From the IMG/VR virus record IMGVR_UViG_3300028676_000005, positions 62,001 to 126,000 of that record: 64,000 nt of DNA, one strand, 5' to 3'. This document shows, piece by piece, positions 29,830 to 39,079 of the stretch; the first letter of the stretch is position 1, and each line of letters begins with the position of its first letter. A program made the translations under genes and the position numbers. Under the pieces are notes generated by a model that was given only the letters and a program-made list of their open reading frames with translations, was not told the origin of the DNA and searched no databases.

Positions 29830-30792
29830 ATGTTCGTAAGACTTAAATGGGTGAACCGGAACCAGATTCCCGTCACCACCAAAATTTATCGTAATGAGAC
29901 GATTATCCCTAATGACCAGCTTACCAATCCTCTAGCATCGTTAGATGGTTCGGTGCTCACTTGGCAAGATAACACAGTAGTGCGCCGCAAAACCTACTAC
30001 TACGTTTTTGAAACCGTTAATGCTGGTGGTCAGAAAGTTTACTCTAACCCACTTAAAGTGTATGTTGAGTACAACAACGGTCCTGGTCCTCGTGATCTCA
30101 TTTGGGGTGATACCCAATTTGGTTACTTTGGCACTGTGGCGTCTACGGATTTCTTTACTCCGGGTGACTTGGCTGTATTTACCCCGGCAATACCGTATAA
30201 CCCTCCTACCAACCTTCTTCCATTATGGAATAAATGGATTCGTCGCGGTAAGATTTGTTATACCCCGCAAAGCCCTTGCAACATGCTAGTTACTTACACA
30301 AGTTTGTACGGCAATGGTTTGCATTTTGGTACTGATGACAACGGTCCTTGGCAACCAGGTGGTATTGCGGTTGTTAACCAAAAACGTGTTATTGAAAAAG
30401 GGTTTGATAAGTTTATTGTTCGTCTGCCAACTGCCACAGACGATCGTAATAACCCCACTGTTACTATCCCGGCTGGATCACCAGATACCGTCCGTCGTTA
30501 TAGTGAAGTAGCCGACTTCTTTTATCCAGGTCTGTCTACTGTTGTCTGTCCTTCCCAGCGGTCGCCTAAACTGGCCAGCGCTGTAGCACCTCCTACTGCT
30601 AACGGTGGGCGTGAGATGGCAACAGCAACCCGATTTGGCACTACAGGGTTTGTAAGAGCATTGCTTGCAAGCCCAGTAACCCCAGGGTCTGAATACGAGA
30701 AACTGGGAACACTGAATGCTTGGAACACAGGGTGTTCTTGGTTACCAGTGCTTGAACTTATTCCAGAAAACGGCATTACCATCGGAGCTTAA
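29830..30792 (+). CDS. Virion tail protein, same family, FN3-like N-terminus
   Basis: LKW.N...IYR...YYY N-domain; GPGP..L..G...GYFG.V; WLPVLEL. Confidence 0.75.
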   Translation: MFVRLKWVNRNQIPVTTKIYRNETIIPNDQLTNPLASLDGSVLTWQDNTVVRRKTYYYVFETVNAGGQKVYSNPLKVYVEYNNGPGPRDLIWGDTQFGYFGTVASTDFFTPGDLAVFTPAIPYNPPTNLLPLWNKWIRRGKICYTPQSPCNMLVTYTSLYGNGLHFGTDDNGPWQPGGIAVVNQKRVIEKGFDKFIVRLPTATDDRNNPTVTIPAGSPDTVRRYSEVADFFYPGLSTVVCPSQRSPKLASAVAPPTANGGREMATATRFGTTGFVRALLASPVTPGSEYEKLGTLNAWNTGCSWLPVLELIPENGITIGA

Positions 30793-30795
30793 TCC

Positions 30796-31680
30796 ATGAG
30801 CATTACCCTTAAGTGGACTAATCCACCTGTCTTGGATGAAGTCCAGGTTTTCCGATCGGATACTCCATTGGCAGCAGGAGCAATCCCCACCGGATCTCCA
30901 ATCGCGACTATCACCGATAAAAGCCAGAGTTACACCGATAGCACCTCGGTTCAAAACAAGTATTACTATTACACCCTTGCCTTTAAGACGGCCGGTGAAT
31001 TGGTTTATGCTCCGCAGTCTGTCGCCATCAATATGCCTTACACGGGCCCTGGTCCTCAAACTATCCAAACGGGTACTTGGGAACGCGGCATCTTTGGGTT
31101 TGTTGCTGCTTCGGAAATGGTCACCAACCAAGAACTACAAGCGTTCTTAGGTGGCGGTACGGCCTTTGCTACTAACGGCGGCTGGCTTAAACTGATCTGG
31201 AAAGGCAAGATCATGTTTTATCCTCTCTATCGAGTAGCCTCGTTAGTTTCGTGGAACATGATTTACTTGGCCGGCTGTATGTACGGTGTTGCCGGTAACG
31301 GGCCGGCTACTGGTCACGGATTAACTCCTACAGATCAAGGGCGCGTTATCAGTAAGGGTGAACACGATTTCCTCTTACGGTTGCCTCGGGTATCTTCCAC
31401 TGCTGATTTTAGCTGGGGCGGGAACAACCGCGACCTAGATAGCGAATGGCACAACATGATTTGCGCTTGCTTTAATCAGAATAGCGCCTCGCCTGCTTTT
31501 GATTTGGCTGATTATGTTCCAGGCACGTACTTTGACGCGACTAGCACTATTTTCATGGAGATTAATGGAGCTAACTGCGCTAACCTAGTAAGTGCGGTTC
31601 CAACAGCAGTTGTTGCCCCATCTATTGCCAGAACTAATGCCGGGTCACTATGGCGTCCTATTCTTGAATTGGTACTGTAG
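30796..31680 (+). CDS. Virion tail protein, same family, FN3-like N-terminus
   Basis: LKWTN...VFRS...YYYY; GPGPQTIQTG...GIFG.V; WRPILEL. Confidence 0.75.
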   Translation: MSITLKWTNPPVLDEVQVFRSDTPLAAGAIPTGSPIATITDKSQSYTDSTSVQNKYYYYTLAFKTAGELVYAPQSVAINMPYTGPGPQTIQTGTWERGIFGFVAASEMVTNQELQAFLGGGTAFATNGGWLKLIWKGKIMFYPLYRVASLVSWNMIYLAGCMYGVAGNGPATGHGLTPTDQGRVISKGEHDFLLRLPRVSSTADFSWGGNNRDLDSEWHNMICACFNQNSASPAFDLADYVPGTYFDATSTIFMEINGANCANLVSAVPTAVVAPSIARTNAGSLWRPILELVL

Positions 31681-31722
31681 TTAATATTGAGGGGGACTAC
31701 ACATCCCCCTCTAGGAGTTATC

Positions 31723-32352
31723 ATGTTAGAAGCATTGGGTAGTGGCGGAGCTGTTAACAAAGCACCAAAGCCAATATTTCAACAAGTTTTACCAGCCGAC
31801 TTCATTACTGCTTCCGCATTATCTACATTGGTCGGAGCCGGATCAATGGGCACACTGATGACCGATGGAGATAATACTCCTTGGTTGGTTATCAGAGAAA
31901 ATACCAAAGTTTACGCAATCCCGCAGAAGCCTCTTAGACATTCTGTTCCTTATCGAACCATGCAAAGTGCCCAATTGTTGTATGGTAAAAACGTTACGAT
32001 TAAAGGCGGGGTTTGGAAAGTAAGAGTATTTACTGGTGTGGATGGTGTTACCAGCGAGTGGATGCGAATCATGAGTGGGTTAGTTGCCGGTGGTAAGTTG
32101 TCTAATGGTGCAAACCCACCTATTCGCTGGGCTAACCTTACCTTTGATGATATTGGGTTAGGGTCTGCTACTAGCGGTACCAACGGGGTTAACAACTACA
32201 TCCAAGAAACCTACAACCAGTACCAGTATTACACCCAGGGTACTAAGAACCAGCTGTTTTCGCTTTTTAATAATAACATGGACACGACATTTACTTCTAA
32301 CGGTTGGCGCCCATTACTTGAGTGGGTATCTGGAACCCAGCCTTGGGTTTAA
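31723..32352 (+). CDS. Virion tail protein, shorter family member
   Basis: ATG 31723 after AGGAG; DFITA..L, KPLR.SV, KVR.F, SEW and GWRPLLE motifs. Confidence 0.7.
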   Translation: MLEALGSGGAVNKAPKPIFQQVLPADFITASALSTLVGAGSMGTLMTDGDNTPWLVIRENTKVYAIPQKPLRHSVPYRTMQSAQLLYGKNVTIKGGVWKVRVFTGVDGVTSEWMRIMSGLVAGGKLSNGANPPIRWANLTFDDIGLGSATSGTNGVNNYIQETYNQYQYYTQGTKNQLFSLFNNNMDTTFTSNGWRPLLEWVSGTQPWV

Positions 32353-32368
32353 TACACGGAGTTGATCC

Positions 32369-32830
32369 ATGAGTACATTCACGCGGTTTAGTGCGGAAGA
32401 ACAGTTGCGGTTTAACAAAACTGCTACTGCTTTTTACGGGAAGAACCTTTGGGACACACTTCCCGGTTTTCGTTATTACATTGGATCTGAAAACTCCAAT
32501 GAGTACGTGGATGTAGAAACAGGCTTCTTGACTGATGGTGCTACCATCCCTCGCTTCCTGTGGTGGCTCCTGCCGCCAATTGATGAGTACAGTCAAGCGA
32601 CGACACTCCATGACAAGCTGTGTCGCACCTACACTATCACACGAGTTGTGAACGGGTTACCTACAACGGTTCCGGTGACTCGTAAAAGGATTGACGAGAT
32701 TCTGAAAGAAGCCATGGATGTATTGGAGGTAACCGCGTGGAAAAAGAAAGCAATTATGTTAGGTGTCAATACTAACAGGATTGTGCTCAACCCTACCACG
32801 CCAAAGACCCTTGCAGAAAGTATCAGCTGA
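32369..32830 (+). CDS. DUF1353 family protein
   Basis: GFLTDGATIPR.LW...HD.L signature. Confidence 0.85.
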   Translation: MSTFTRFSAEEQLRFNKTATAFYGKNLWDTLPGFRYYIGSENSNEYVDVETGFLTDGATIPRFLWWLLPPIDEYSQATTLHDKLCRTYTITRVVNGLPTTVPVTRKRIDEILKEAMDVLEVTAWKKKAIMLGVNTNRIVLNPTTPKTLAESIS

Positions 32831-32851
32831 AACAAAAAAATAGATATAAGC

Positions 32852-32884
32852 TAACCCTCTAGAGCCTAAGGCTCTAGAGGGTTA
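32852..32884. terminator. Bidirectional hairpin terminator
   Basis: 15-bp stem TAACCCTCTAGAGCC between convergent genes. Confidence 0.8.
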
Positions 32885-32897
32885 TAGCTGCATGTTG

Positions 32898-33188
32898 TTA
32901 GCCAACTGCCTTAGTAAGAATGTTGGTTACTACGGAAAAAACTTTGTAAGACCATTTGCTTTCAGTTTTACATTGAGCTGTTACCCACTCAATGTTGACT
33001 TCCAGCTCTTTCATTTTTTCTTCAACCATGCTGACTTTAATCAACATGTACTCCGCACGGCCCACATTACTGTTTGCAGTTAACCGCGCTTCCTTGTAAC
33101 GATCATTAACTTCAGCTTGCAGTAACCGGTGTTCACGCAGCATTGCGTTGATTACAGTGTCAAACTGAAACTCATTGTTAATAGTCAT
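32898..33188 (-). CDS. Small coiled-coil protein
   Basis: 96 aa. Confidence 0.7.
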   Translation of the reverse strand: MTINNEFQFDTVINAMLREHRLLQAEVNDRYKEARLTANSNVGRAEYMLIKVSMVEEKMKELEVNIEWVTAQCKTESKWSYKVFSVVTNILTKAVG

Positions 33189-33205
33189 GTTGTAATTCCA
33201 TTTAA

Positions 33206-33805
33206 TTAATTAAAGACGATCTTAATACCGGTAATGCATTTAGACCAGTTTTGTGAACATGGAGAACGGTTGGCATTATCGAAATAACGACCACGAAATA
33301 ATTCAATATCCAAAAGAACTACTGGTGGCTCTTCTTCAGGAGCACATTCTTTTGCAAAGAAAGCTTCCATGTCATCATCATCATCATCCCGACCGTCATC
33401 GTCACAGTCATCAAATGAATCATTAGGAAACTCATTATCGTAGTCAGCCTTATCACGGGCTACACGCTCCTGATGCTTTGGCAATGTAGTGCATGCCGTG
33501 CAGACGATTGTTGGCAGATCACCTTGCGCAGGGTAGTAATCGTAAGGAGTCCACGAGATGGAATCCTTAGTCTTTACAGTAAGTCTGCAATCATGACAAC
33601 AAACTATTGTTTCCCGTGCCTCAAGTTTTATTTTGTCACGACACCCTTCGCAAACAATGTAGTGCCCAACTGGACCAAAGCTATCTTCTTCGTAGAAGTA
33701 GCCAACTGCTTTACTGTGGTCGTCATACGAGGTATGATCACAGAAATCAGAACTTTCCAGATGAGGAAACTTAGTTGTAGCGCGATAACCGGTTTGGTTA
33801 GCCAT
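33206..33805 (-). CDS. Cys-rich putative zinc-binding protein with an acidic tract
   Basis: ATG 33805 after AAGGAG; CDH, CEGC, CHDC and CTAC; Asp-rich segment. Confidence 0.75.
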   Translation of the reverse strand: MANQTGYRATTKFPHLESSDFCDHTSYDDHSKAVGYFYEEDSFGPVGHYIVCEGCRDKIKLEARETIVCCHDCRLTVKTKDSISWTPYDYYPAQGDLPTIVCTACTTLPKHQERVARDKADYDNEFPNDSFDDCDDDGRDDDDDDMEAFFAKECAPEEEPPVVLLDIELFRGRYFDNANRSPCSQNWSKCITGIKIVFN

Positions 33806-33822
33806 TCGATAATACTCCTTTA

Positions 33823-34332
33823 TTAAAAACCTTTTGCGCGTTTGTGAACCACAGCGAGTGCTTCTTCCTCGCTTAGGCCATACATGTACATGCCTTGTGC
33901 AACGTGGGCTTCTATTTCCCAAGGCTGAGCAAAGTATTCAGATAGCGTTGTGTGAAGCTTGTAAACTTCACCCTCCCAGATGTAATGATCATCACGGGAC
34001 ACTAACCGACCTTCTTGCATCTGTCTTACATGGGTAAGCTCATGCACAAGAGTACCAACATAAATACGTTGCTGGCTGGCCTTAACAAGACGCTCCATGA
34101 GTGTAAACTCTTCATAGATGCGTTCTATGTTAACAAACATAGCGATCTCTGACTGGGTGCTGCCTTTTGGCAACCAATTGCAAACCCAGGCATTAAGATC
34201 AGACATGGCTTTAGCCTGAGGCATGTCATTATTAACAAGGATGACACGAATGTCATATGGCTTGACTAGGTCGTAACCTTCTTCGCCAAAGTAATCTACA
34301 AACAGCTCTTTATCGCAATTATCCAAAATCAT
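33823..34332 (-). CDS. Zincin-like metallopeptidase domain protein
   Basis: LVHELTHVRQ (HEXXH) plus downstream Y..QPWEIEA. Confidence 0.8.
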   Translation of the reverse strand: MILDNCDKELFVDYFGEEGYDLVKPYDIRVILVNNDMPQAKAMSDLNAWVCNWLPKGSTQSEIAMFVNIERIYEEFTLMERLVKASQQRIYVGTLVHELTHVRQMQEGRLVSRDDHYIWEGEVYKLHTTLSEYFAQPWEIEAHVAQGMYMYGLSEEEALAVVHKRAKGF

Positions 34333-34346
34333 AACAGTTCCTTAAC

Positions 34347-34402
34347 TTAGTAATCAAATGATTTACTGTTGTTATCTACCCTAGTGATATAGGTCTGAGA
34401 TG
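34347..34402. repeat. Direct repeat copy 2 (early promoter plus leader)
   Basis: Matches 22296-22352. Confidence 0.9.
34378..34397 (-). promoter_or_regulatory. Phage early promoter
   Basis: Minus strand CAGACCTATATCAC-TAGG-GT (one mismatch). Confidence 0.7.
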
Positions 34403-34427
34403 CTACAAAAATTAAAAGCATATATAA

Positions 34428-34459
34428 ACTACCACTACCCGGTTAGGGGTAGTGGTAGT
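34428..34459 (-). terminator. Hairpin terminator
   Basis: 13-bp stem ACTACCACTACCC. Confidence 0.75.
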
Positions 34460-34468
34460 AACTAATGA

Positions 34469-35137
34469 TTAGCCAATAACTGTTTTTACGTATTGTGCGT
34501 CACTAGGGTAACGTTCAAGCAACAGTTCTTTAGCCAAATTAATAGTCGGCTGATAAGAGCCTTTCCGACGATAATCTTCGTAGAACTCTTTAGCTAACTC
34601 AAATGCTGCTCTGACGTAGCAGTCATCTGTGTCAGACGCTTGAGTAAAATCATGATCTACCCATCGTTGAAAGTCTTTCCAACGCCCATGGATCACGTTT
34701 GCCAAGCATTCGATAAAACGACGGTGAGTCAGTAAAGCGGTCATGTCACGATTTACCGCTCGAAGTTCTCGTTCCAGTTTATTATGAATCGTGTTGGGGA
34801 GTGGATCAGACGAATGATAGTCTGAGATTACCACCAACTGGTTCAAGTTGTTAAAACTAACCTTGTCACCAGGAAAGGGAATATAGATCCCCTGCTCCCA
34901 CAAATCCAAAGCAATTTGCTTGATAAGCATAAACTTAGTGCTAGGGCAGAAAACCCCGATCTCTTCCTTCATCAAAGCGGTTTGGATATGGAACGGACTA
35001 AGCTTAATTGATTTAAGCTCCAATTGCCGCACGATTTCCCACAACTTAAAATCTTTGCGAATACCCAGTAATTTACAAACCCGATGCATCATGTCGGCGT
35101 TATGTTCAGCTTGTGTAGACGGTCGCGTGTTACCCAT
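34469..35137 (-). CDS. Hypothetical protein (paralogue of the C-domain of 35531-36598)
   Basis: ATG 35137; IYIPF..D...LVVIS motif. Confidence 0.75.
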   Translation of the reverse strand: MGNTRPSTQAEHNADMMHRVCKLLGIRKDFKLWEIVRQLELKSIKLSPFHIQTALMKEEIGVFCPSTKFMLIKQIALDLWEQGIYIPFPGDKVSFNNLNQLVVISDYHSSDPLPNTIHNKLERELRAVNRDMTALLTHRRFIECLANVIHGRWKDFQRWVDHDFTQASDTDDCYVRAAFELAKEFYEDYRRKGSYQPTINLAKELLLERYPSDAQYVKTVIG

Positions 35138-35528
35138 AATAGTCACCCTGCAATGAAAGTGTGCGTTCAATGTAAAGATTGTCATCACCTACAGTAGATG
35201 ACCCATCGTAGACTTCGGCAATGACTTGGTTAAGCACCTTGCCTAAAATAAACGTAAGGTATTTACGGCGCAGCCACTCACCAAACCCACGTTTATTTTC
35301 TATCATGTAGAGCATGGTCTCAATAGTAGTTCCTTTACTATCGGTGTACAGTTTGACAGTAGCCGACAAGTGGTGCTTGCCGCCATAATAAACCCGGAAA
35401 GTAGTAAACCCGCTTGAAGGGTCATTCTCAATGGCGGTAACTGTTTGTTTTACGTAATAGCTATTACATTTAGGCTGGAGTCTGGTGATAGCCATCAACG
35501 ACTTGAAGAGTTCTTTGTTAACTGACAT
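35130..35528 (-). CDS. Hypothetical protein
   Basis: 132 aa, operon packing. Confidence 0.75.
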   Translation of the reverse strand: MSVNKELFKSLMAITRLQPKCNSYYVKQTVTAIENDPSSGFTTFRVYYGGKHHLSATVKLYTDSKGTTIETMLYMIENKRGFGEWLRRKYLTFILGKVLNQVIAEVYDGSSTVGDDNLYIERTLSLQGDYYG

Positions 35529-35530
35529 GG

Positions 35531-36598
35531 TTAGCCTTTAGTAAGAGAAGTAAGAATGGCGTTAGCTACTTCGGTACGAACGTTAATATTGTTTTTGGTA
35601 TCGGGTAGATTGTTTTTGTAATCAGGATGACTGAACATATAGGCGTCAACCATGTCACGCATGATATTAGTTTTGGGGTCACCAATGTTGCGTTTAATAA
35701 CGTGCTCTTCTTCAGTAGTGGTAATTTCTTCGTAAAGCTTTTTGAGCAGATCTTTGGCACTCCACTGACCGCTTGCCCAGTTAGAACCCCAGCTGTTATT
35801 TTCAGCGTGATACCAGACATCCAGGATAGCACTGTAGCTATTGAACAAGAGGTTGATCTTGTTCATTAAACCCGCTTCAGGAAAGATGCTGGAAGACATT
35901 GGCTGTTTAATTGGAAAGGCGATACCAGACCCAAAGTATTTGGACTTGGAGATAACCACAAGAGAGAACTTGTCCTTGAGCCCAAATTCGTCATCGTCAA
36001 AAGGAACGTAAATTTGATGTTTCTTCAACAGGTGACGAACCAGCTCCACGTAAATGTGCCAGCGCTTACTGTAAGTAATCGGCAAGCCGAACCCAAAAAC
36101 AATTTCAAGGGAGGTCATCTTGCTGCTAAGACCGCGTTCTGAAGCAAGTCTTACGAGCATGGACCGGCTAGGGTTTTCTGGGAAATAGAGCGACTCACAC
36201 AGACGTGGCAAGTGTGCTTTAAGACGAAACTCAGCCATGACCTCCTGAGACTCTTCTACGGTCTCTTTAACTACTGGCTGAAGATTGGCATCAACACCAG
36301 GGTAACGGCCCTCCAGCACTGCTATGCGCCGTGACATCCAGCGCAGACGGTCCTTGGCGATCTCACCCAACATGCTCTTGCAGACATAGTCGCCGTTGGT
36401 GCGATGCGCGTCAATCATCATTGCCGTGTCACGTTCGTCACTGATGGTAGACATCATCGAAAGTTTGTTAGCCAACTCATCGTCACTGAAAAGATGAGCA
36501 CCAGCTAGATCTTCACGAGGAAGACCAACGTAACGTGGATGCGGATCTTCAAGACCGTCTTTCAACCAACGCATATCAACTACTTCTTTAACAGCCAT
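35531..36598 (-). CDS. Two-domain hypothetical protein
   Basis: 355 aa; N-domain resembles 58855-59244 and C-domain resembles 34469-35137. Confidence 0.8.
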   Translation of the reverse strand: MAVKEVVDMRWLKDGLEDPHPRYVGLPREDLAGAHLFSDDELANKLSMMSTISDERDTAMMIDAHRTNGDYVCKSMLGEIAKDRLRWMSRRIAVLEGRYPGVDANLQPVVKETVEESQEVMAEFRLKAHLPRLCESLYFPENPSRSMLVRLASERGLSSKMTSLEIVFGFGLPITYSKRWHIYVELVRHLLKKHQIYVPFDDDEFGLKDKFSLVVISKSKYFGSGIAFPIKQPMSSSIFPEAGLMNKINLLFNSYSAILDVWYHAENNSWGSNWASGQWSAKDLLKKLYEEITTTEEEHVIKRNIGDPKTNIMRDMVDAYMFSHPDYKNNLPDTKNNINVRTEVANAILTSLTKG

Positions 36599-36627
36599 GA
36601 TATTCTTCCAAAAATAAAGTTAGGTAT

Positions 36628-36662
36628 ATTACTCTACCGCCTTTTTAGGGCGGTAGAGTAAT
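36628..36662 (-). terminator. Hairpin terminator
   Basis: 14-bp stem ATTACTCTACCGCC with a downstream TTTATTTTT. Confidence 0.8.
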
Positions 36663-36687
36663 TATTGCTTTTGCTGGACGTCAGCAG

Positions 36688-37623
36688 TTAGGCCTTTTTC
36701 TTGGCCTTTTGTTGTTGCGGCTTTTCAGCGACTTTCTTTTCTTTCACGGCCTTGACCGGTTCCGGCGCAACCAGCGCTTCTTTCAGACGGTCGTCAGTAA
36801 ATGCACGACCGACACCGCGACCAGTAGGCAGTAGCACTGCTGGAACTTCTTCAGTTTCGCGCTGGGCTTTCTTGGCCTTGTTACCACCCTTGACGAGCAG
36901 TTGACCCAGGCTTACTACGCCGAGCGAGGTGTTGCGCTTTTCGTTGGCATTGGTCCACAGCTTGCAGCCACGGTTGACCTGCTGACGAGGGAATTCACCC
37001 AGGTTGATGTCGTAGCAGAAACCGCCGACCGACAGGATGTTTTCAGAAGGTTTGCCCGGCGAGAAGTACAGCTTGCTTGGAACGAACTGGCGAGTGATGT
37101 TCAGAGTGTGACCGTTGATGATGGTCGGTTCGGTGAACACAGCGCCCAACAGGTGTTCCCAGAAGTCTGGGTACATGGCGATGTTGGAATCGAAGGCGCG
37201 CGGACCGGCGTTGATACGGTTGAAGAAGTACGCAGCGATCACGTCTTCTGGGGTGCCGTAAGAACCTTCGATACGGAAGTTCCAGATCTTTGGACCCAGG
37301 CCGACGATGAAGAACGTTGCAGCGGTAGTAACGATGAAAGCCATGCGGAACGCGCTGTCAGCGGATGGGTGGGTCTGCTCGAAGCGACCGTAGCACGAGA
37401 TGTGCCCTTCCAGTTCCAGCTTGTGGGTGGTCTTTTTGTCAGCAACGGCGCTGGAGGTGTAACGGGTCAGATCGCCATTGTTAACAACGATGGAGCGAAC
37501 GCCGAACTCTTTGAAATCTTCGGAGGTGAAACCGACCTCGGACAGTTGGAGACCGTTGGAAGCGAACACAGCCAGTTTCAGGGCTTTCTTGGAGGACACT
37601 GCGAATTTAACTTGAGCGTTCAT
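36688..37623 (-). CDS. Hypothetical protein with a Lys-rich C-tail, strongly codon-adapted
   Basis: 311 aa; C/G-ending codons dominate; own terminator. Confidence 0.85.
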   Translation of the reverse strand: MNAQVKFAVSSKKALKLAVFASNGLQLSEVGFTSEDFKEFGVRSIVVNNGDLTRYTSSAVADKKTTHKLELEGHISCYGRFEQTHPSADSAFRMAFIVTTAATFFIVGLGPKIWNFRIEGSYGTPEDVIAAYFFNRINAGPRAFDSNIAMYPDFWEHLLGAVFTEPTIINGHTLNITRQFVPSKLYFSPGKPSENILSVGGFCYDINLGEFPRQQVNRGCKLWTNANEKRNTSLGVVSLGQLLVKGGNKAKKAQRETEEVPAVLLPTGRGVGRAFTDDRLKEALVAPEPVKAVKEKKVAEKPQQQKAKKKA

Positions 37624-37716
37624 AGCTGGTACCTATTCATAAAGGAAGGATTGTGTTGCGTTAAAACTAAGGACTGTTATTTGTCCTTAGGTATTGTGTT
37701 TGGTGTAAAAACTTAT

Positions 37717-38253
37717 TTATCGCATACGACCATGGTGCTGTTGAAAACGGCGGGCCTGATCGACAAACTCATCAGCACACTGTGCATCTACCCGGTTGAG
37801 TTCAATGAGATCGCCGCTAGAGGCAACGATCATAATGATAGCCTCAAAATGAGGCCCAGAAGGCAACCGCCGAGCGATAGTGAATCGAGCTACGGAACCA
37901 CCCAGATTTTTGTAGATCAGCAGTTCCCAGGAATTGACTTCTGTGTCTGCCGGGACATGCTTGCGCCACAGATCACGATCAGTGTTCATTTCTGCCAGGC
38001 GACCGGCGGCAACCATGAGCAGTGAGGTGGTGCTGGACGAATGGTTGCCGAAGTGGGCCATATGAGACAATGCCTCGGCCAACTTCAGGTTATCGTGGGA
38101 ATACATGCCACGATCATGTTCGACCTGTTTACCGCGCCCGATCAGTTCGGCAGCGCTCTGATCACCAACTGGCAGCTCCCACACTTTAGCAGCAATGGGT
38201 TCCTCCATGTTGCGAGGTTCCTCACGACGAGCTTCACTTTTTTCAACTGCCAT
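37717..38253 (-). CDS. Hypothetical early protein
   Basis: 178 aa, AGGAG SD, follows an early promoter. Confidence 0.8.
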   Translation of the reverse strand: MAVEKSEARREEPRNMEEPIAAKVWELPVGDQSAAELIGRGKQVEHDRGMYSHDNLKLAEALSHMAHFGNHSSSTTSLLMVAAGRLAEMNTDRDLWRKHVPADTEVNSWELLIYKNLGGSVARFTIARRLPSGPHFEAIIMIVASSGDLIELNRVDAQCADEFVDQARRFQQHHGRMR

Positions 38254-38288
38254 AACCGCACTCCTAATAAAAACTTCATTGTTTACTC

Positions 38289-38308
38289 ACCCTAGTAATG
38301 TAGACGTG
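38289..38308 (-). promoter_or_regulatory. Phage early promoter
   Basis: Minus strand TCTACATTAC-TAGG-GT. Confidence 0.7.
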
Positions 38309-38338
38309 AGTTATTGTTTAAGTTAACTACCCCGAAGG

Positions 38339-38890
38339 CTAAGTCAAATGTCGTACCTTAATGTTAGCCGGCCCCACACTTTCCAACGGATTTTTAGGAT
38401 CGTTGAATGGGTGGATAAACATAATCGGTGAATCGTTTGTATTAAGGATACGTACTCGACCAACAAAGTTAACGCGCACCGGATCAAGTACACAGGTCTC
38501 CTCAGTTACGCATGCGTCCCAAACAAACTTCTTGGCGGTAAGCTCTTCTGGAGTAACAATGCGCTCGGTTCCTTTAAAGACAGGTTGGAACACATTGTAC
38601 TCCATGTAGGGGTATTTCTTTTCCTTAAAGAACTTGGCCACGTTTGGATACACCGCACGGAAGCACTGCTCGATGGTAGGGCTGAAAGAAATACGAGGTA
38701 GACTTGGCTCAGGGTAAGGCCAGCTAGGGTCACCAACAACACCAGGAGAACTCTCCTCGCTATGATCCAACCCTGCTGGGTCATCAGGCAGCCAGATGCC
38801 GGCTGCTTTATGATCTTTAAACGAGAGGTGGAACAATATCCCCACCCCTGGTTTTGCGGTTATTGTTTTGAGATCAGTTAACTTACTCAT
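38339..38890 (-). CDS. Hypothetical protein, possible ADP-ribosyltransferase-like fold
   Basis: LFHLS / RISFSPTIEQC / VWDA.VTEE spacing resembles the ART H-S-E strands; start ATG 38890. Confidence 0.5.
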   Translation of the reverse strand: MSKLTDLKTITAKPGVGILFHLSFKDHKAAGIWLPDDPAGLDHSEESSPGVVGDPSWPYPEPSLPRISFSPTIEQCFRAVYPNVAKFFKEKKYPYMEYNVFQPVFKGTERIVTPEELTAKKFVWDACVTEETCVLDPVRVNFVGRVRILNTNDSPIMFIHPFNDPKNPLESVGPANIKVRHLT

Positions 38891-39077
38891 GAAGGCCCTC
38901 GTCTTCGACACGTTTGATAAACTCTTCAACCGCATCATTCAGTTTAGTAAATTCTTCCGTAACACCGAGACTACCATCTCCCCAGACACTGACAACCATA
39001 GAACGCATTTCACCTTTAGCGCGTTCCCAGGCCATGTGACGCATGGTGCGGATTTCACGAGAATCATTATTAGCCAT
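38883..39077 (-). CDS. Small hypothetical protein
   Basis: ATG 39077 (MANNDSREIR...) after AGGA; 64 aa. Confidence 0.7.
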   Translation of the reverse strand: MANNDSREIRTMRHMAWERAKGEMRSMVVSVWGDGSLGVTEEFTKLNDAVEEFIKRVEDEGLHE

Positions 39078-39079
39078 GG

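Noticed and set aside
36901-38025. 374-aa plus-strand ORF
   Set aside because: Antisense to two well-supported genes; explained by codon bias.
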